The notes under the pieces were generated by a model, which was not told the origin of the DNA, ran no database searches, and was given only the letters and a program-made list of their open reading frames with translations. Made by a program: the position numbers and the translations under genes. A DNA stretch of 64,000 bases, taken from assembly GCF_030144855.1 (NCBI RefSeq), contig NC_082731.1, positions 25,420,001 through 25,484,000 of the forward strand, in the 5' to 3' direction. Within the stretch, counting starts at the first letter, position 1, and every line of letters begins with the position of its first letter. Source of the DNA: Hypanus sabinus. Its lineage: Eukaryota. Shown here in pieces: positions 60,936 through 64,000 of the stretch.

Positions 60936-61019
60936 ATAAGAAAACACAATAATATAATAATACAGGATAGAAAAGTACGAACGAATTACTTAAAATATAT
61001 AGACATCCCATACACAAAT

Positions 61020-61740
61020 ACCGAAATAAATATGTGAAAAAAAAACAACAGAAATATTATGATATCAGGATGGAAATTGAAAGGTTGTCGGACATGAAAA
61101 TGGAAATATACTCCAAATAGCGATATGTGCAATTGGTATCATCCCATCCAAATTTCAGTTTACAAAGGCATTAAACAACTGGTCCTGCATAGAATGTTAT
61201 GTAAATCTTCAGGAAGCCACAATACTAAACACCACTAGCGGAGACCAAATGTTCCTTGCAATTGTGAAATAAACATGTTCTTGGCTATGCGGGGACCTCA
61301 GGTTGGCCAGGTTGAGCTGAGCAAAACATAAAAATAAAACAGTCTTAGCAGTGTATTATATGAAATATAAGGACTGAGATAGGGTAATAGCTCAGAGACA
61401 ACCTAACGAATTATGCCTTGAGACAGTCTCTGTAACGGTGATTAAAAAATATTTCCCTTCACTGAAACAAATAATTGAAACAGCAGAACTACTTTCGAAA
61501 GATATGAACATGAACTTTGAATTAGATATGTGCAGAAAATTAACGGAAACAAAGGCGCAATGGAACAAATGACTATTAAACAGAGCAGCAGGATAACCTT
61601 GGGTATGAAGCACCTAAGTATCTGGGTATCAGCAAGCTAAGACAACATATCATAGTGGCATAAGGGATACAGTTCAATTGCTTTTACCTCAATGGTTAAT
61701 AGAATCTGCCACACAGAGCTCAATAATAAGAATATGACAT
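61020..61740 (+). mobile_element. R4/Dong-like fragments (3' end at 61020-61340, RT/thumb at 61345-61740)
   Basis: LQEATILNTT...FLAIVK* followed by a short 3' UTR, then SLKQIIETAELLSKDMNMNFELDMCRKL and KYLG. Confidence 0.65.
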
Positions 61741-61759
61741 AAGTAGAAAAAAAAAACTC

Positions 61760-62460
61760 TTTGACTCGATGTGCATGGGTCCGTGTTGGAATGGTAAAGG
61801 GGAAAAAAGACTAAGCAGTTGGACAGGGAACAAAATATTCAGAGGAACTGACTGGACATTCTGTGAACGTGAATGGGACAGAAGGATGGTATGTTGCCTC
61901 CCAAGTGTCAGAGATATCTCGGATCTAGTCCACAATATTTTAAAAAGTGAAGTAGAGCAGCCAGAATTTTAGTATATAATGTGACCAGTGACATTGGAAG
62001 AAATGGAAATGATGTCCTGATATGAACATGAAAAACAAATGGCAGAAATCTCCTAGTAAGTAATTTCTTGGCTTTTACCCGTGCCACGTACAGGGGAGGG
62101 TAGAAACAGAATGATTTGTCAGATGTATGCGCAGCTGAGGAGCTGGTACAGGGGCAGGGAATCAGATTCTTCTATTATTAGGGTCTCTTTTGGGGGAGGT
62201 ATGACCTGCATAAAAAGGGATGCGTTTAATCTGAACCACAATGGGGCCAATATTCTCTCGGGCAGTTATGTCGGAGCTGTTGGGTAGGGTTTAAATAATT
62301 TAGTAAAGTTGCAGTAACGGAAGTGAAGTCACTCATGATAAGACAGATAGTAGAATCAAGCCAGTAATCAGACGGACAGGAGGGCTTGGCTTATGGTAGG
62401 ACCAAATTTCTGCCAGCCAGGTGCGTATCAGGGGATTAGGCATGCTAAATCAAAAAGGGT
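61760..62460 (+). mobile_element. CR1 ORF1 (esterase) fragment
   Basis: ORF 61769-61972 (IFRGTD..FC...RMVCCLPSVRDISD...EQPE) and ORF 62081-62287 (LNHNGANILSG). Confidence 0.8.
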
Positions 62461-62947
62461 AGTAAATGCAGCACGGGAAGTATAATATGTTAATGCACCG
62501 CACATAATATATAAGATGGATTAACTTGTTGCACGATTGAAATTTTGATACTTCAGCTCTGTCGTTGAAAAGGGGTATACCTGAATCACGAAATACATTG
62601 CCCATGTTCTGGGTGCGGTCCGCAACTTCCATTAAAGTCAGTAGTCAGAGTCAAGTTTATTTTCATATGCTCAAGTCCATGCTTGCACAGGTGCAAGGGG
62701 GAGAAAAGGGTAGCTGAAGCAGCACACAGTATCAAATAAACATCGTTCAAACACCGATACCAATTAAATGCAAGCTGTAACGTTTGTTTACAGCGCAAGG
62801 GAACAACAATTAACAAAGTGAATGTTATGATGAAGTAACGAAACGGCTACACTGTTGCAATACTGATGAACTGATTTGTGTATTGACAGTTGGTTCATGA
62901 ACGGAATGTTTGATGGGAACACAAAATTACAACTGCAGATGCTGTGG

Positions 62948-63125
62948 ATCAAAGAATACGTACACAACGCAGGAAGAACTTAGCAGCTCAGGCAGCATCC
63001 GTGAGAAGAGAGCAGGCAGCGTTTCGGGCCTAAACTCGGCCCGAAATGTTGGCGACGCTTTTCTCCCAGATGCTGCCTGACCTACTGAGCTCATCCAGCG
63101 TTGTATACGTATTCGTCTGTTTGAT
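62948..63125. repeat. Fold-back inverted repeat built from two Penelope terminal-repeat ends
   Basis: Arms at 62948-63030 and 63038-63125, roughly 80% identical by eye. The perfect core is TTTCGGGCC-7 nt-GGCCCGAAA. Confidence 0.82.
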
Positions 63126-63339
63126 GGGAGATAGCCGTTCTCTAACTTGCTGCTGCGAGACATCAGTAGTCGGTGCCTCCTGGGATAGTAAGTGAAAAAG
63201 GACGGCATATTTACGTGCCATTATTATCACGATGCCGTTAAGAATTGGTTCACTATCTCTGACACACACTGTTGCCACGAACACAAACAACATGCGAATA
63301 TTGACAATGAATACGTTATGTGCCCTGGACATCGCAACA

Positions 63340-63800
63340 CACAGTCAGCAAAACAGACGAAATCAAAAGGAAAATCGACAATATATAGGAACATGAATGG
63401 TCAAAATCGATAAAAATGCACTGAGACAAACTTAAACAATAGACACCAAGGAAGACCACGAATTTGAAGCAAACAGTAGTATTCAAGAGGATCTCGACGA
63501 GTCGGTCATCATTTGTAGAGGAAAAATTTCCAGGTTTCTGGTCGGATATTCCGGTATCAAGACTGATTGACCAGAGAAATCTGATAACATCAAGAGAACA
63601 ATATTTAAATTATGCAATTGTCAGTGAATGATTGAAGCAGTCTGGACTAGACAAATGACAAGTACCCGTGGCATTGTGACTCTTTCGGTCTATCGTACTT
63701 GTATAAACTTTTCATTGCATATTTGTGCCCCGAGTTTGATCAGGAAAGCGAATATCCTTCCCTTCCCAAAATTGAAGAATTTTAATATCATTCCCAGTAC
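63340..63800 (+). mobile_element. R4/Dong-like C-terminal region, decayed
   Basis: Weak HQGRP and IQ/DQ..TRN-like motifs. Probable continuation of 61345-61740. Confidence 0.4.
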
Positions 63801-64000
63801 ACAACAGCAAAACAGAATGAAATGAATATTATTTTCCATATCAGATTAAGCACAAAGTAAGCACAATAAGATAAAGAACACAAGAAAAGAAAAAAAAACA
63901 AATATAAAATAAACATATGATAGAATACTTACTTTGATCGATGGTATGTGAATAAACTGAGACGAGATACGGGGGTGTCTGTACTTAAAGTTACTTTGAT

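Noticed and set aside
60130-60940. ATAAG as TSD of the solo LTR at 60143-60935
   Set aside because: The left ATAAG (60130-60134) is 8 nt away from the TG start, so it is not a flush TSD.

Overview
Vertebrate genomic DNA, most likely from a cartilaginous fish and probably a ray or skate. This is inferred from the V-gene sequences and the repeat families, not from a database match. The only host genes I can support are two germline T-cell receptor alpha/delta-type V segments on the + strand, about 28.2 kb apart. V1 has a leader at 3833-3872, a V exon at 3960-4263 and a 23-bp-spacer RSS at 4264-4302. V2 has a leader ending at 32095, a V exon at 32190-32493 and an RSS at 32494-32532. The mature domains are 67/96 aa identical by manual alignment, and both genes sit in paralogous duplicated cassettes. 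V2 has lost the ATG used by V1 but has in-frame ATGs further upstream. Almost everything else is decayed, often nested transposable elements: many CR1 LINEs (one near full length), Rex1/Babar-type, R4/Dong-type and L1/Tx1 LINE fossils, Penelope-like elements carrying hammerhead-ribozyme motifs, a Tc1 element, a hAT-like element, Gypsy LTR relics, and an ERV-L-like (class III) endogenous retrovirus remnant at about 47.9-51.7 kb. There is one 128-N assembly gap. I found no D, J or C segments, no tRNA or rRNA genes and no CRISPR array. I do not see a wholly new biological system. The best leads are the V2 start-codon turnover, the ERV-L-like provirus and the hammerhead family with its fold-back derivative. 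TE boundaries without a stated TSD are approximate (about +/-50 bp).
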